A stretch of 53,348 bases of DNA, filler included, from Stramenopiles sp. TOSAG23-3 (GCA_900128585.1; 4 parts of 4 records of this genome joined end to end with filler, not necessarily neighbours in it); one strand, 5' to 3'. Counted from the whole stretch's first letter, positions 1 through 11,172 are shown. The notes: generated by a model from the letters alone, not told the origin. Numbers and translations are program-made.

Positions 1-127
1 GGATGGGTGGAAGATATTTTATACACTGATTTTAGGGTTTAGTTTAGGCGCAGGTGTTCATTGTTTGTAATACTAATATTGTCCCCCCTTTCTTTTCTTT
101 GGTACCTTTGAAGAAGGCCCGCCCCAA

Positions 128-1369
128 ATGGCGTCCGGGTCCCAGTTCTATGACGGGTACCGTGACCTGTTCGAGTTCGACAAATACTCTACGTTGACGG
201 AACAAAGCAAGGTAACTTCTATCATATCGCAGGCGGACAATGTAGTCGGTGCATATAGTCCGACGCGGGAAGCATTCTTCTCTCCTGGGAGGCAGAATCA
301 GCATGCGCTGGTGGTAGAGCGGGGGCACATGGGCGGTGGTCGGGACGCCAACCCAGGGACGTTGGAAGACCCGGAAAGGGAACTAGAGCACGAGGTGTAC
401 TTGAAAAAGGTAGGAAAAGTGGAACAACGGTGGAGCTCCTACGACAATTTAATTAGCAAAGGGTTAGATAATGCCCACAACACCAAAGCGAGAAGCAACG
501 CAATGTACGGCAGCCCGAAACGGAACTTGGGGAAACGGTTGGTCGGCGTGGGGGTCGACGCGGAGGGCGAGGACGCCGAGGAGGGCACGCACGCCAAGGT
601 GGGAAACTCTGTGCCACTGCCCAAAATAAAGGTACCAAATTTAGGAGTAATGATGGGGGGTAAGCCCCAGTCCAATAGTAACGCTGTCTCTTCCCCGCAA
701 GGCCAAGACCCGGGGACGGGTGCTAGTAGAGGACAAAACATTCAGCCAACGCCCCCGACGAACCAAATGTCGAGGTTACAAAAGCAGCACGTGACGACGT
801 CTCCGATGACGTACCGGTTCGCCAATAGGGGGAGGAAGAAGGACAAAATGGGGGAGTTCTTGCAGCCCGACACTGCAAAAATAGTAAAAGGGGCGAGCAA
901 TTTTCATTACGGAAAGCGTCAAATCAAACCAAGAGTTTCGCCCCGGGTGCAGACGAACGTGCTGCCCCTCGACGTGGAGCCTGCTGTCATACGGCCTGGG
1001 AAAATGCAAATGAAGCCTGTCTTGACATCGCGCAACGAAGTCAACCGCCTCCTGTGGCGCGACCTGCGGAACAACCCGTCTGCAAAGCCTACGGCCGGGA
1101 TGTTTAACCCTGACTTACCCAGTCGAAAAAAATTAGAATTACCGGGGGCGGAAGAAGAGCGATTGGATTTTGTAAAGAAGACCCGGTTCCTCCTGAAATA
1201 TTGTGGCGGAAAGGCCTTTACTGGATATGAAACGGACATGCCGGCGGCCGTTGTCAATCGTCTGGACGCCTACCGCAAACTAAATACTCGCCGCGAACAG
1301 CTGAAAGCGTTGTACGCGAAGGACGTCGCGCAGCAAAAGAAGAGGTTCGAACGGCGAGTCATATGGTAG
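128..1369 (+). CDS. hypothetical protein (413 aa, low-complexity/basic)
   Basis: Long ATG-initiated ORF with coding-like GC. Just upstream is an intron-like 3' end (TACTAAT at 71-77, pyrimidine tract, AG at 112-113), so an upstream exon is possible. No family recognised. Confidence 0.6.
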   Translation: MASGSQFYDGYRDLFEFDKYSTLTEQSKVTSIISQADNVVGAYSPTREAFFSPGRQNQHALVVERGHMGGGRDANPGTLEDPERELEHEVYLKKVGKVEQRWSSYDNLISKGLDNAHNTKARSNAMYGSPKRNLGKRLVGVGVDAEGEDAEEGTHAKVGNSVPLPKIKVPNLGVMMGGKPQSNSNAVSSPQGQDPGTGASRGQNIQPTPPTNQMSRLQKQHVTTSPMTYRFANRGRKKDKMGEFLQPDTAKIVKGASNFHYGKRQIKPRVSPRVQTNVLPLDVEPAVIRPGKMQMKPVLTSRNEVNRLLWRDLRNNPSAKPTAGMFNPDLPSRKKLELPGAEEERLDFVKKTRFLLKYCGGKAFTGYETDMPAAVVNRLDAYRKLNTRREQLKALYAKDVAQQKKRFERRVIW

Positions 1370-1533
1370 CAGGTGTAAGGATAAAACCAATTGCTGTTTA
1401 GATACATACCTCTTAATAGTACGAAGTATAAAATGCACGACACGCGAAGCATTATTCCCCCTTTCTTTGTCCCTCGTCTGGCCGCGCGCTCAACGCAATA
1501 GTTTACACACTCGCTGCTTCTCTCTTTCTCCGG

Positions 1534-4278
1534 TTAACTCCTTGGTCTAATGTCTTGGGGCTGAATGCCTCGCTCCAACAGCGGGAATATTCGTGTTGGG
1601 TGGCACTCTGTGTTGAAAACATACTTTGTCAAATCAATTTTGTGCTCCTCCATGGGGGCCTGGACCATGTACAAATACTTCAACGTTTCCCCCAGCCAGA
1701 AGCTCTCCATCCTATCGTCCGGCCTTCGGTTTTGCTGCCTCACGTCTGGGTAAGAGCCGTACCCGAACGCCGTTTTGGAATATTTTGTGATCGCGGAGAA
1801 TATGTCCCACGCCCATTCTTGGTAAATGGGGTTGCCGGTGATTTGATGCAGGATAAACATGCTTTCTGCGGTCTCTGGGCGAAGGATGTAGAAAGGGGCC
1901 CGAGAGGCAGGCCGCGGGTCTTGCCCGTTCGGAAACTCCGAGTACTCCGCCGCAATGCCCGTGGCAGTGCGTCGGTACGTCTGGTAGCAGGTGTACAGCA
2001 TCGACCGCGCCATCGTCATGTCTCGCTTTGCATTCTTGTTGGACGGGTCCGTGTACGCCCCAAGGGCCAGCAGGCCGGGGAGAAAGCAGGCCAGGTGGTC
2101 CATCTTGTGGGTGATCCGGCTCCCGTCCCAGTCCCCTACGTACGCCAGGTTGGAAGGCGACGACCGTTTGTACAAAAGTTTTGCCACCCCGTCCATGGCA
2201 TTGTCGTACATTTCGCGAATGTAAGCCTCTTTTTTGCCCCCTTGGAGCCAAGTTTTCAATAGGTATTCGTAGTACGAGTCGCCGAGCGCTCCAAAAGTTA
2301 CACGGTTGGTCGTGAACCGCCCGGTGCCGGGGCTGACGTAAATGGGCGCCAGTCCGTTGGCCATCCTGTTCTTCTCTTTCAGAGTCTTGAACACCTTGGT
2401 GGACACGTCGACGTATGCGGGCTTGTTCGCCACCTTTCCCAAATACCTAAATTCCAACTGCAGAGTCCCTACTTCTGCCAGAATCGCTGCGCTCCCCGTC
2501 CACCCGGCGTTCTGCGACGACCCCGTCGCCAGGTTGACCTGCCCGTTCGGCATTCCCGAAGGCGTGCTGAAGGCCTTGAACAGGCGTGCGCCCAAATCTT
2601 CAGCTTTCTGAAGAAAAATTTTCTCCTCCGACAAATCGTATGCAGACAGCAAGCCACCAAGCGCGCGAATAGTCGTTTCAAAGGTGGAGACCATGCGGTT
2701 GCGATCGAAGGACAGCGACGAGGCCACCCAGTCTTTAGCGTCGTAAAACTCGTCCCGCATGCCCATGACCCAGAGGGTGTCCAGGGAGTCCAGCAACGTC
2801 ATGCCCATACCGCCCCAGTTGTTTTGGCCCCGCCCGCTCACCGGGTGTATCTCGTCCATCCCCCACGCCTTTGCCCGGTAGTGCTTCCAGCAGTGCTGCA
2901 TCGCGGCCTTCACGGCCGTCGCCCTGTCCTTCGCTTTTAGCGCCAGGCTTTCCATGACGTCCCTCGGCACGTTGTCGGCGTACAGGCCGGCCGCAAGGGC
3001 GACGGCGTCCCAGCCCATCGCGGTCGCGACTTCCGAGGTAAACTTGGAGTCCGCCTTGATGTTCACGGGGTGGCCGAGAAGCCTGCGGTTCGATCGGGTC
3101 GCGAACCCGTGCATCTCGTTCCCCGAGGTGTCCATGACCTTGGTGAACGAGTTTTTGTTGTACGGCTTCCGGATGTCCAGGCGGTAATAGCCGACCAGGT
3201 CGGCGGTTTCCGCGTCGATGGCAGTGTCGCCGCGAACTTCCGGGGAAAGCGTGTCTTCCGGGACCTGAACCATCGTCTTTTCCCACACCGTCACCTCGCT
3301 GACGTTCCCGATGAACCCGGCCTCCCCGTCAATGTGGGCGCCGATCCTGAGCTTGTGGACCGACCGGGTGCTCCCGCGCGCAACTTTCACGGTGGCAACT
3401 TTTTTAAAGTCTACGTATATCGTGAACGCGGTCTCCGCGTCCGGGTGGGGGGTAAAGATGGTCAGAGCCACGTGGGTCCACTTTCCGTACTGCAACATCT
3501 TTGGGGAGGACTGCATGTGGTAGCAGCCCTTCTCGTCGTTCCCTATGTCGGCGTGCACCGCCAGGTCGCTCGTCTTCCACCCGTTCACGTACACGGCGTA
3601 CCCGTAACGGTTCGCCGACTTGTCGCAGCCGGCGTCACGGTTCGCGAACAGCGTTTTCATCCGCGCCGCCTTGTTCTTCGGGTCCAGGTAGAACCAGCCA
3701 CTGACAGTCCCAGAGCCTTCTTTGTTGTCCCCAAACCCGACCGTCCCCACTTCGATAAAGTTGTCTCCGTACAGGGGCAGGGAGTACTGCCGGTCGACTT
3801 TGCTGAGGTCCCTCGCCGCGGCGTTCTTCGCGGGCTTGTGGTACTTCTCCTCCACCGTTCGGGATGGCATATTGGGGTGCACCTCCCCGCGCTTGAAGCC
3901 TGCCATTTTTGCTTTCATCCTTGCCTTTGCCCTGGCCTTTTCGGCCTCTTCGTCCGCGTCGCTCTGGCTCAAGTCCTCGTGGGCGGCCTTTTCCTCAGCC
4001 GCCGTCCGCTCCATCGTCCCAGCGTCCCCTTCGACCAACGACCGGTGGGTACCGCTCGCCTGCGGCCTCACGGGGGCCGAGTCCGTCAGCTGCTTGAAGC
4101 CCTGTTTGGTACTCGAATGGCTGGGGTGGTTCAACACATGCAGGACCGCAACGAACAGGCCCGCCAAGAACACGGTGCCAAAGCATACCCCAACAATCAT
4201 AAGCGTGGAACGGTCTTTCCGTCCCTTCCGACGTTTTTTCGGCAACTGGCCGAAGGTCTTGTCGTTGTCAGACCCCAT
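1534..4278 (-). CDS. GH47 alpha-1,2-mannosidase, type II membrane anchor, with a LamG/ConA-like domain in the stem
   Basis: GH47 motifs WGMDEIHPVS, LDSLDTLWVMG, FETTIRALGGLLSAY, LAEVGTLQLEF, GALGDSYYEYLLK, MDHLACF, RPETAES, MESFWLGETLKYLY, FNTECHP. N-terminal TM segment (LMIVGVCFGTVFLAGLFVAVLHVL). LamG-like motifs TVSGWFY, GKWTHVALT, LRIGA...FIGNVSEVTVW. First ATG at 4278. Confidence 0.93.
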   Translation of the reverse strand: MGSDNDKTFGQLPKKRRKGRKDRSTLMIVGVCFGTVFLAGLFVAVLHVLNHPSHSSTKQGFKQLTDSAPVRPQASGTHRSLVEGDAGTMERTAAEEKAAHEDLSQSDADEEAEKARAKARMKAKMAGFKRGEVHPNMPSRTVEEKYHKPAKNAAARDLSKVDRQYSLPLYGDNFIEVGTVGFGDNKEGSGTVSGWFYLDPKNKAARMKTLFANRDAGCDKSANRYGYAVYVNGWKTSDLAVHADIGNDEKGCYHMQSSPKMLQYGKWTHVALTIFTPHPDAETAFTIYVDFKKVATVKVARGSTRSVHKLRIGAHIDGEAGFIGNVSEVTVWEKTMVQVPEDTLSPEVRGDTAIDAETADLVGYYRLDIRKPYNKNSFTKVMDTSGNEMHGFATRSNRRLLGHPVNIKADSKFTSEVATAMGWDAVALAAGLYADNVPRDVMESLALKAKDRATAVKAAMQHCWKHYRAKAWGMDEIHPVSGRGQNNWGGMGMTLLDSLDTLWVMGMRDEFYDAKDWVASSLSFDRNRMVSTFETTIRALGGLLSAYDLSEEKIFLQKAEDLGARLFKAFSTPSGMPNGQVNLATGSSQNAGWTGSAAILAEVGTLQLEFRYLGKVANKPAYVDVSTKVFKTLKEKNRMANGLAPIYVSPGTGRFTTNRVTFGALGDSYYEYLLKTWLQGGKKEAYIREMYDNAMDGVAKLLYKRSSPSNLAYVGDWDGSRITHKMDHLACFLPGLLALGAYTDPSNKNAKRDMTMARSMLYTCYQTYRRTATGIAAEYSEFPNGQDPRPASRAPFYILRPETAESMFILHQITGNPIYQEWAWDIFSAITKYSKTAFGYGSYPDVRQQNRRPDDRMESFWLGETLKYLYMVQAPMEEHKIDLTKYVFNTECHPTRIFPLLERGIQPQDIRPRS

Positions 4279-4701
4279 CCTTCGCTTCTCCCTATTAACT
4301 CGGTGGTGGTAGTAAGGTATATTCAATCCTTACACTCCCAATCCAAACAACACCAAGAGAAAGAAGGGAGACGGAAGGGAAAACAGAACAATCTTGTTTG
4401 AACCTATCCTGGAATAAAACATATATAAGTAATACATAAATGATAGATATATACAAATCGTAAACATTTTATATTAACCCTCCTCTCTCAACCTCCTGTC
4501 TCTCATCACACATAATACTATACTCTATTTATTATATTTTATTAATTGTATTTATAGTCTCTATTATGAGCTTGGGTATTGTCTTCTTTCCTTCTAATAC
4601 CAGGTACCAGGTACGGACAAGGATCATCGTGGCCAATTAATCAGTGGTCTGCACCTAACTACCTATCTAATTCAAGAAGACTTCTTTTTATTTATAAAAT
4701 T

Positions 4702-4846
4702 AAGAAGAAGAAGAAGAAGAAAGAAGAAAGAAGAAGAAGAAGAAGAAGAAGAAGAAGAAGAAGAAGAAGAAGAAGAAGAAAGAAGAAGAAAGAAAGAAGA
4801 AGAAAGAAAGAAAGAAAGAAAGAAGAAAGAAGAAAGAAAGAAGAAG
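4702..4846 (+). repeat. (AAG)n/(AAAG)n microsatellite
   Basis: About 145 bp of purine-only AAG/AAAG repeats, directly visible. Confidence 0.95.
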
Positions 4847-5405
4847 ATATTAATTGTCTTTTATTTTATTTATTTATAGACGTTATAAAATTGATTTATT
4901 TTTATTATAATTTAAATATAAACACAGCATCTATAATTCCAATAAATATATTTAGCATTCTTCTTTTTCTCTTTCTCGAATGAATTGATGGCTGGCTGTT
5001 ATTCTACATCATCACACCTTTTTCTTCTTTTTTTTTTTATTGACTGACCTCCTCTCTCCTCTTTCTTCTCTTCTTCTCTCTTCTTCTTCTTTTATTATAC
5101 TTCGTACTACGTTGAATGAAGAACCCCAACAAATGCAATAAAAAAAACGAACAGTTTAATATTCTCTTCATTTTAATGATTTACTACCATTAATATCAAG
5201 AAAAGAGAGAGTTGAAAAGCAAGGCATGAAAATAAGTTCAAAGCGTGTGTTTCAGTTTCAAGTACGTGCGTATTACACAAAGAGAGAATAAAGGCGGTAC
5301 ATTACAGTGCGTATTTCTTTTTTACTCCATCCACCACCACCGTTCGGACACTTAGTGCTACAAAAGAGGGGACATCTTTTTGTTTTTAAACTTCACTGTT
5401 GTTAC

Positions 5406-6893
5406 ATGGGAAAGAAATCAAAACGGAAAAGTATGTCGGCACCATCTGCGAAAGATCTTAGTGAACAGGCTACCAACGATGCGTTTCACGGCATACTCAA
5501 CATCTACGGGGACAGGAAAGGAAATTCCAAGGACACGCTGCTGTGCATGGGGAAACAATTAGACTCCTTGTGGCAAAAGCTCGGGCAGGCCAAGACGAAG
5601 AATTTGAACCTCATCAAGCCCAGGCAGAAGGTCAACCTTCTCCTCGTCGGGAACCACTCCGCGGGAAAGTCCGCCTTTATCAACTGGTACGTTGGGGGGC
5701 AAAAGGTATGCGCGGAGTCACAAGCCCAGGAGACACAGACCTTCTGCTTCGTCACCTACGGAAAAAAGGAGCTGAACACCACCGGCGAGACGACGCTGCG
5801 CAAGTTCGACTACATCGAGCACATCACGGACGTCTTCGGCAACGCCATTTCGAACTACTTGAAGACGAGCGTCGTCGACCGGACCAACAACGCGTTCAAG
5901 TTCGTCGACCTGATTGATAGCCCGGGGCTCGTCGGGGCCGCCAAGATGGGGAGCGGTGGGGGAAACGTCCAGTCGTACGAGTTCGACATCGACGGTGCCA
6001 TCGCCTACGTCGCCGAGCGGTGCGACCTCGTCTACGTCTTCCTGGACAACCACGGCGGGGCCACCCAAATGCGGACGATGGAGGTGTTCGGCAACCTGCT
6101 GAAGACGGAGCGTGAGAAGAAGGCCTTCAAGACGCACACGTTCGTCACCAAAATCGACCAGATCACCACCACGAAGGACCTTCGCCGGGTCCACTCCTCG
6201 ATCCAGAGCGAGCTGAAGGAGAACATCAAGAAGACCGCCGCCGCGGAGAACGTCGACCTCTCCTTCGCCTTCAAGCTGAAGTCCATCTTCATCCCGAACG
6301 AGGACCGCCTGAAGACCGTGAACGAGGCCATACGGGAGGAGAACGAAATCGACGAGGCCACCGACATCATCATCGACGCCATCAAGAACAAGGTCTCGCA
6401 AAATTTTGAGCAGGTCAAGAACGACTGCAAGTCGCTCATGAAGCGCAGCGACGAGATCCACAAGTTGCACGTGAGCAACACGGGAAAGCGGGACTTTCGA
6501 ATGACCTTGTCCCGGGTTATCTACGCCGCGGCCTTTGCCATTGCATTTTACATCTTTATCTGCGTTAGTGTCGGGATCAAGACCTACCTTCCGGAGGACA
6601 TTAGCGCCAGCGTCGTCTACCAAGTGCTCCTTGACGCGTCCGCCCCGTTCATGGAAACCTACACCGAGCACACCTACTGGGAGAACACGAAGACCTCCCT
6701 CTCCTTGCTGTTGACCTTTTACCTCCTCTGCTTTTTGGGCCGAATGCTTAGCCGGCGGGCCGACGCTTACCCTCTTCTGGACGGCGAAGAGTTAAAGGCG
6801 GTCTTGAACGTGCCGTCGCAAGTTGATAACTTTGACGAGGAAAGGCAGCGACTCTTTGACCTGTACTTGAAAGATCCAACCGATGACGATTAA
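5406..6893 (+). CDS. EHD/sarcalumenin/dynamin-like P-loop GTPase with C-terminal transmembrane segments
   Basis: Walker A GNHSAGKS, G2-like ETQ, LIDSPG (G3), TKID (G4), a helical stalk, then two hydrophobic segments (VIYAAAFAIAFYIFICVSVGI; LSLLLTFYLLCFLG). First ATG at 5406. Confidence 0.8.
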   Translation: MGKKSKRKSMSAPSAKDLSEQATNDAFHGILNIYGDRKGNSKDTLLCMGKQLDSLWQKLGQAKTKNLNLIKPRQKVNLLLVGNHSAGKSAFINWYVGGQKVCAESQAQETQTFCFVTYGKKELNTTGETTLRKFDYIEHITDVFGNAISNYLKTSVVDRTNNAFKFVDLIDSPGLVGAAKMGSGGGNVQSYEFDIDGAIAYVAERCDLVYVFLDNHGGATQMRTMEVFGNLLKTEREKKAFKTHTFVTKIDQITTTKDLRRVHSSIQSELKENIKKTAAAENVDLSFAFKLKSIFIPNEDRLKTVNEAIREENEIDEATDIIIDAIKNKVSQNFEQVKNDCKSLMKRSDEIHKLHVSNTGKRDFRMTLSRVIYAAAFAIAFYIFICVSVGIKTYLPEDISASVVYQVLLDASAPFMETYTEHTYWENTKTSLSLLLTFYLLCFLGRMLSRRADAYPLLDGEELKAVLNVPSQVDNFDEERQRLFDLYLKDPTDDD

Positions 6894-7434
6894 ACAGGGG
6901 GAGATGCACATCTCTCAAAAATATTTTTTCTTAAATAATATGTGGTTACCTTTTTTTTGAAATAATAATGAAATAGGTAAGTCTAACTGAAACTTTATTT
7001 CTTTTGTTTTGATGATGATGAGATGATTAGAAAAAAAGATATTTTAATAAATTTACCAATAAATAATAAAAATACGAAGAAGTCTTCTTAACTGCAAAAT
7101 CTGAATGCTGTGTCTATATTATTATATTCATCATCTAATTATAATATTATTATACAACAAAAAAAGTTATTATTTTTTCTATTATTATTATTATTATTAT
7201 TATTATGAGATATTATTAAAATAATAATATCTATTATCTCATCTTTTTTTCTTTTGTATATGGTACCTTCCATCCGGTCCGGTCCAACTAATAATTTTCA
7301 TTACATGATGATGAAGAAAAAAACAGGAAAAGAGTAATTGTTGTATTGTCAATTTAACAGTAATTCAAAATTTTCTTCCTTCATTGTTGTGCATTCTCGA
7401 GTGCGATTGTTCGGTTCTGCCCACTGTGTTTTAG

Positions 7435-7917
7435 ATGGTGAAGGTTGGGGGAAGTTCATCCGCGAAAGGGGGAGAAAGTGCGGGATCTTCTTCGTCTGAA
7501 CTTCCGGCGACTTCGTCAGGTTCGGCGACGGTGGGGAGAGTGCACGTTTCACCCAGCGAAATGGTAGAGGCAAAAAAGACAATAATTAAGTTGTCGCTGA
7601 CGGGAAGGAAGAAAATAGAAAGGGTAGAGGGTGGAGGAAAGAAAAGGTCGGGGAACTCAAATGCGTACTTGGAAGGAATGTTTCGGTTCCTGGAAACTTC
7701 CGCCCACCAAATAAAACGGTACTCCAAGGGAACCATTGGCCGGACACCCGCAGCGCCGTTGGTCGCCATAGACTCCTTTCGGGAACTTTTGCCCAAAGTC
7801 AATAAGAAGCTGAGCAAGCAGGAGAGAATCAAGTTGGCCAAAATTGAGTGGAAAAAGCTTCGGGACGCTGAAGAAGAGCACGAAAAGAACTATCGAAGAA
7901 AAAAGACACGGCAGTAA
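7435..7917 (+). CDS. small basic protein with HMG-box-like C-terminus
   Basis: ATG ORF in a GC-richer island. The C-terminal segment RTPAAPLVAIDSFRELLPKVNKKLSKQERIKLAKIEWKKL resembles the HMG-box helix pattern ending in W-K-x-L (by-eye match only). Confidence 0.45.
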   Translation: MVKVGGSSSAKGGESAGSSSSELPATSSGSATVGRVHVSPSEMVEAKKTIIKLSLTGRKKIERVEGGGKKRSGNSNAYLEGMFRFLETSAHQIKRYSKGTIGRTPAAPLVAIDSFRELLPKVNKKLSKQERIKLAKIEWKKLRDAEEEHEKNYRRKKTRQ

Positions 7918-8083
7918 ATTTCTTCGAAAGTTTATCATTACTTACGCACGCGGCCGTAAGTAGTTTTAAATGTTTTTAGAATTTATATTACGACTGTGCA
8001 TTAAAATCTTTGGCTGTTATTTAAGTGCTCTTTCAAACAAAATTTTAAAAGAGGAGTACCGCACCACAGTTAGTAAGCTTTTA

Positions 8084-9845
8084 TTACCGCCTTGCCCGAC
8101 TGCTTCGATGCTGCAGCTTCCAGTCACTCCAATCGAGGCGTTCCTCGACTCTCACACCCCTTCGTCTACCTTCCTCGATCTTCTTCAAATACTTTGTTTT
8201 CTTAAAGTCTCGCAACATTTTTCTTTGCTGCTCACGGTGTGTGCTCAACCTTGACGAGGCGTAGCTGCGCACGGTGCCCATCGCGCTTTGCTGCGTCGCT
8301 GGCCTTGAGAACAATTCTGGTTGGGACCGCACGTGCTGCTGGTAACTGCTCCTTCCGGTCAGCATGTTTCTCGAACGTGCACTCCGTGCCGTAGACCGCG
8401 GGCGAAAATACTTTGTAGGGATCTCCACGGCCGCAGTGTCCAAAAAGTCTCTCTCCTTGCAGAACAGGTCAATGTCGTCCCTGTTCACTTTAATGTTCTC
8501 CTCGGACGAGGGGCGAAAGCCATTTTGCACAGATCGCTGCCCCTCGCCGTCTCCTCCGCCACCGGTGAGCGAGTAAAGGCTTCCCTTGCCTTTGTAATCT
8601 GGGGGGACAGCCCTGCACGCAAATTCATAGAACGACAGTTGGCCATTGTTGTCCACGTCGTACTTGGAAAAAAGGGCCTTGGCCTGCTTCTCTGTCGCGT
8701 TTATTCCAATCTGGTGCAGGCGCTTGCGGAGCAGTGCCGGGGTTATCCCCGCCTCGCTATACTGCTTGTGCTGTACTGCGTACTGCCTTGCCATCCGCCG
8801 CGCCGTGTACGCCGACGATGGCGACCCTCGCCCCGTATTGATGGGCGCAGCGGCCCCATTGCTGGCGTTTTGCGCGCGATCATCATAGGCTTGGACGGCT
8901 TCGAAATGCTTCATCCACGTGCTCGGGCCAGTGTTTCCCTCAAATCTTTCTGGAGCGAACATCATGAAGGTCTGCTTGAACTGCCCGACCTTCGGGTTTG
9001 CCCGTTCCAATATTTTCTTGTGCATCAAGCGTTCTACTTGTTCGGTGCCTACCGAGCTCGATCCCCGGGGGACCCCTACCTTAAACCCTCCCTGGTTCCC
9101 AAAGTACTCCGCCTTCGACTCTTTCGATGCGTTCTCGCGGAGCGTCGCGATGAACTTGTCGAAATCGATCCTTCTCGATCCATCGTTGTAGCCGTACCGG
9201 CTTACGATTTCATTCAAAATTTTGGGTCCCATGGTAATCCTCATCTTGGTTTGGACACAGCTTTGGAACTCCTCCGCAGACAGGGCCGGCCGCGGTTTGT
9301 TCAGAATTCGGTAGAGCAGCTCCCTTTCTTGAGAATTGTTTCGGCACCGCAGGGTAATGAACTTCCATATTCCCGCCTCGATGTCCCGTGCCTTTAGGTT
9401 TGCGACGCGATGCTGTTCCAACGCAGAGTGCGCGTGCGTCAGCTGCCTTGCCCCGATATTTTTGTCCTTCGGTTCCCATGGCTTCCTCCTCCCGTTCCTA
9501 ACAATGGACTGTATTTTTTTGCTTGCATTCTCTAAAACGTCCTGTAAGCCCCTTCCGCGACCCACGGGCGAGCGCACGGTTGATATCCTCCTCCGGAAAA
9601 TGCCCCGAGCATATGGAGCGTACGAGGGCGGCAATGCTCTGCGACGACACCGTGATGCCAAACTTGACCAGCCCCTTTTTCATCGCATCGATCGTTACGC
9701 CATTCCGCGGTCGATCAAAGTGCTCGTAAGCTTTGTAAAACGTAGGCCCCCCAAGGGTCACAATCTTCGTCCTCAGAAGCGAGCTCAAATTCGCAAGGGA
9801 CAGCTTCAAGGGGGATTTTCTAATGTTCAAGGCTTTCCCATCCAT
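8084..9845 (-). CDS. multi-EF-hand calcium-binding protein (split across two frames near 9500-9625)
   Basis: EF-hand loops YDVDNNGQLSFYEF and YGYNDGSRRIDFDKF. The upstream frame (ATG 9845) encodes another EF-like unit (FYKAYEHFDRPRNGVTIDAMKKGLVKFGI). Joining needs a +1 shift or an 82-nt GT..AG intron (9542-9623). Confidence 0.7.
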
Positions 9846-10417
9846 GACCCGAACGTTTCCTTCCGTCAACTTCTATACTATGCCAATAACAAATGGCGGA
9901 TTTTTTTTAATGAAACAAACCAAATGAAGAGGGGTCCAATCTCTTCGAAATCTACTTCCAATCAATTGATTCATCCCATCGATCACATATGTACATATTA
10001 CTATATGCATTCTTCTTCAAACGTGCGGAATGAATAAAACGTAGTAGTAGTAGTAGTAGTTAGATATTTAATCTTCTTCTTTTTTTTGTTTTTTTTTCTT
10101 TTATTTTTTATTATCCGTTATATATAAAAAAGATAAATTAATATTTTATAACACATTCTTCTTGTTATTAGTAGTATTATAATACATAGTAATAGTTTAT
10201 ATAATTACAGCTATTAAGTAATAAAAAGAAGAAAACATTTTTAAAAAGCAGATTGCTGATTAATCCATCTCGTATAGAGAACTATAGACGAAAATCTTTT
10301 TTGACCTGCTGAGCGAAATTCTATTCCGAGCATTTAGAAACAGCGAACGGTTGTACATAATCCCTGGCGGGCATTTGATATTTGAACTGTGTTTGGTTCT
10401 TCTTTCGCTTCTTTGTC

Positions 10418-11041
10418 ATGGATTCGTATAGACTAAGAGATCCTGGGTTGATCCCCTCCGTGGTTTACCCGACGGCGAAGATGTTTGAGCCCCCACCCCC
10501 CCCTAGGCTTGGTGTGGACCACAATTGGTGCCTTTTGAACGCGGCGGGGTTCTCGTTTCCCGACGTTAACGAAAAGACTCCTAGGGTACCGGGTAGCAAA
10601 TACTCTTTTAAATGTACACAGCACGCACTTCGTTTAGGGTTGGTATTAATAGAAGACAGTCGTGGGCACGTGCGATGCCACGACAGCGTTGCACCCGGTG
10701 GATACATGGTTGATTGGCGTCCGATGAACACGTACGGCGATGTTGGATGGACAGCGGCTCATGCTGCTGCGTTTAATGGGCAAAAAGAGGCATTGCTGCT
10801 GTTGCTAGCAAATGATTGGAGCCCTGACTTGCCAGACAAAAATGGGAAGACCGTAGTTGATATTTTGAACGACGAGGGTTACACAGACTTGGCGTTGTAT
10901 GTACGGAAAAAATATCTCGATAATATGACGCCCAAGGAGAGAAAGAAACAGGTCAAGGAACGTTTGAAGCGGGAACGCGAGAGATTCGAATCAAATTATA
11001 AAATACACTACGACGAATACGGAAGGGGGATGATTGTGTGA
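10418..11041 (+). CDS. ankyrin-repeat protein
   Basis: GWTAAHAAAFNGQKEALLLLLANDWSPDLPDKNGKTVVDIL matches the ankyrin consensus. First ATG at 10418. Confidence 0.75.
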   Translation: MDSYRLRDPGLIPSVVYPTAKMFEPPPPPRLGVDHNWCLLNAAGFSFPDVNEKTPRVPGSKYSFKCTQHALRLGLVLIEDSRGHVRCHDSVAPGGYMVDWRPMNTYGDVGWTAAHAAAFNGQKEALLLLLANDWSPDLPDKNGKTVVDILNDEGYTDLALYVRKKYLDNMTPKERKKQVKERLKRERERFESNYKIHYDEYGRGMIV

Positions 11042-11172
11042 GTGAGTTAGTGGAGCGTTACATTTTGTTTTTTAAAATAATTTTAATTGCTTAAATAAAT
11101 AACAGCCAATTTTCTTGAGTTTTTAAAAAAAGCAAAAATTATTCAACTCCCATTACATACATATCCCGGCAC

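Noticed and set aside
31-48. TTTAGGG telomere-like sequence; TTAGGGTT(T) also at 14814, 34509 and 48559 (telo-box-like)
   Set aside because: Single copies only, with no tandem array. The same word also occurs inside coding regions (about 10633 and 35085), so enrichment cannot be claimed from this window.
4579-4983. 134-aa poly-K/R/E ORF, and similar ORFs at 30176-30457 and 34525-34773
   Set aside because: Translations of microsatellites in AT-rich intergenic DNA.
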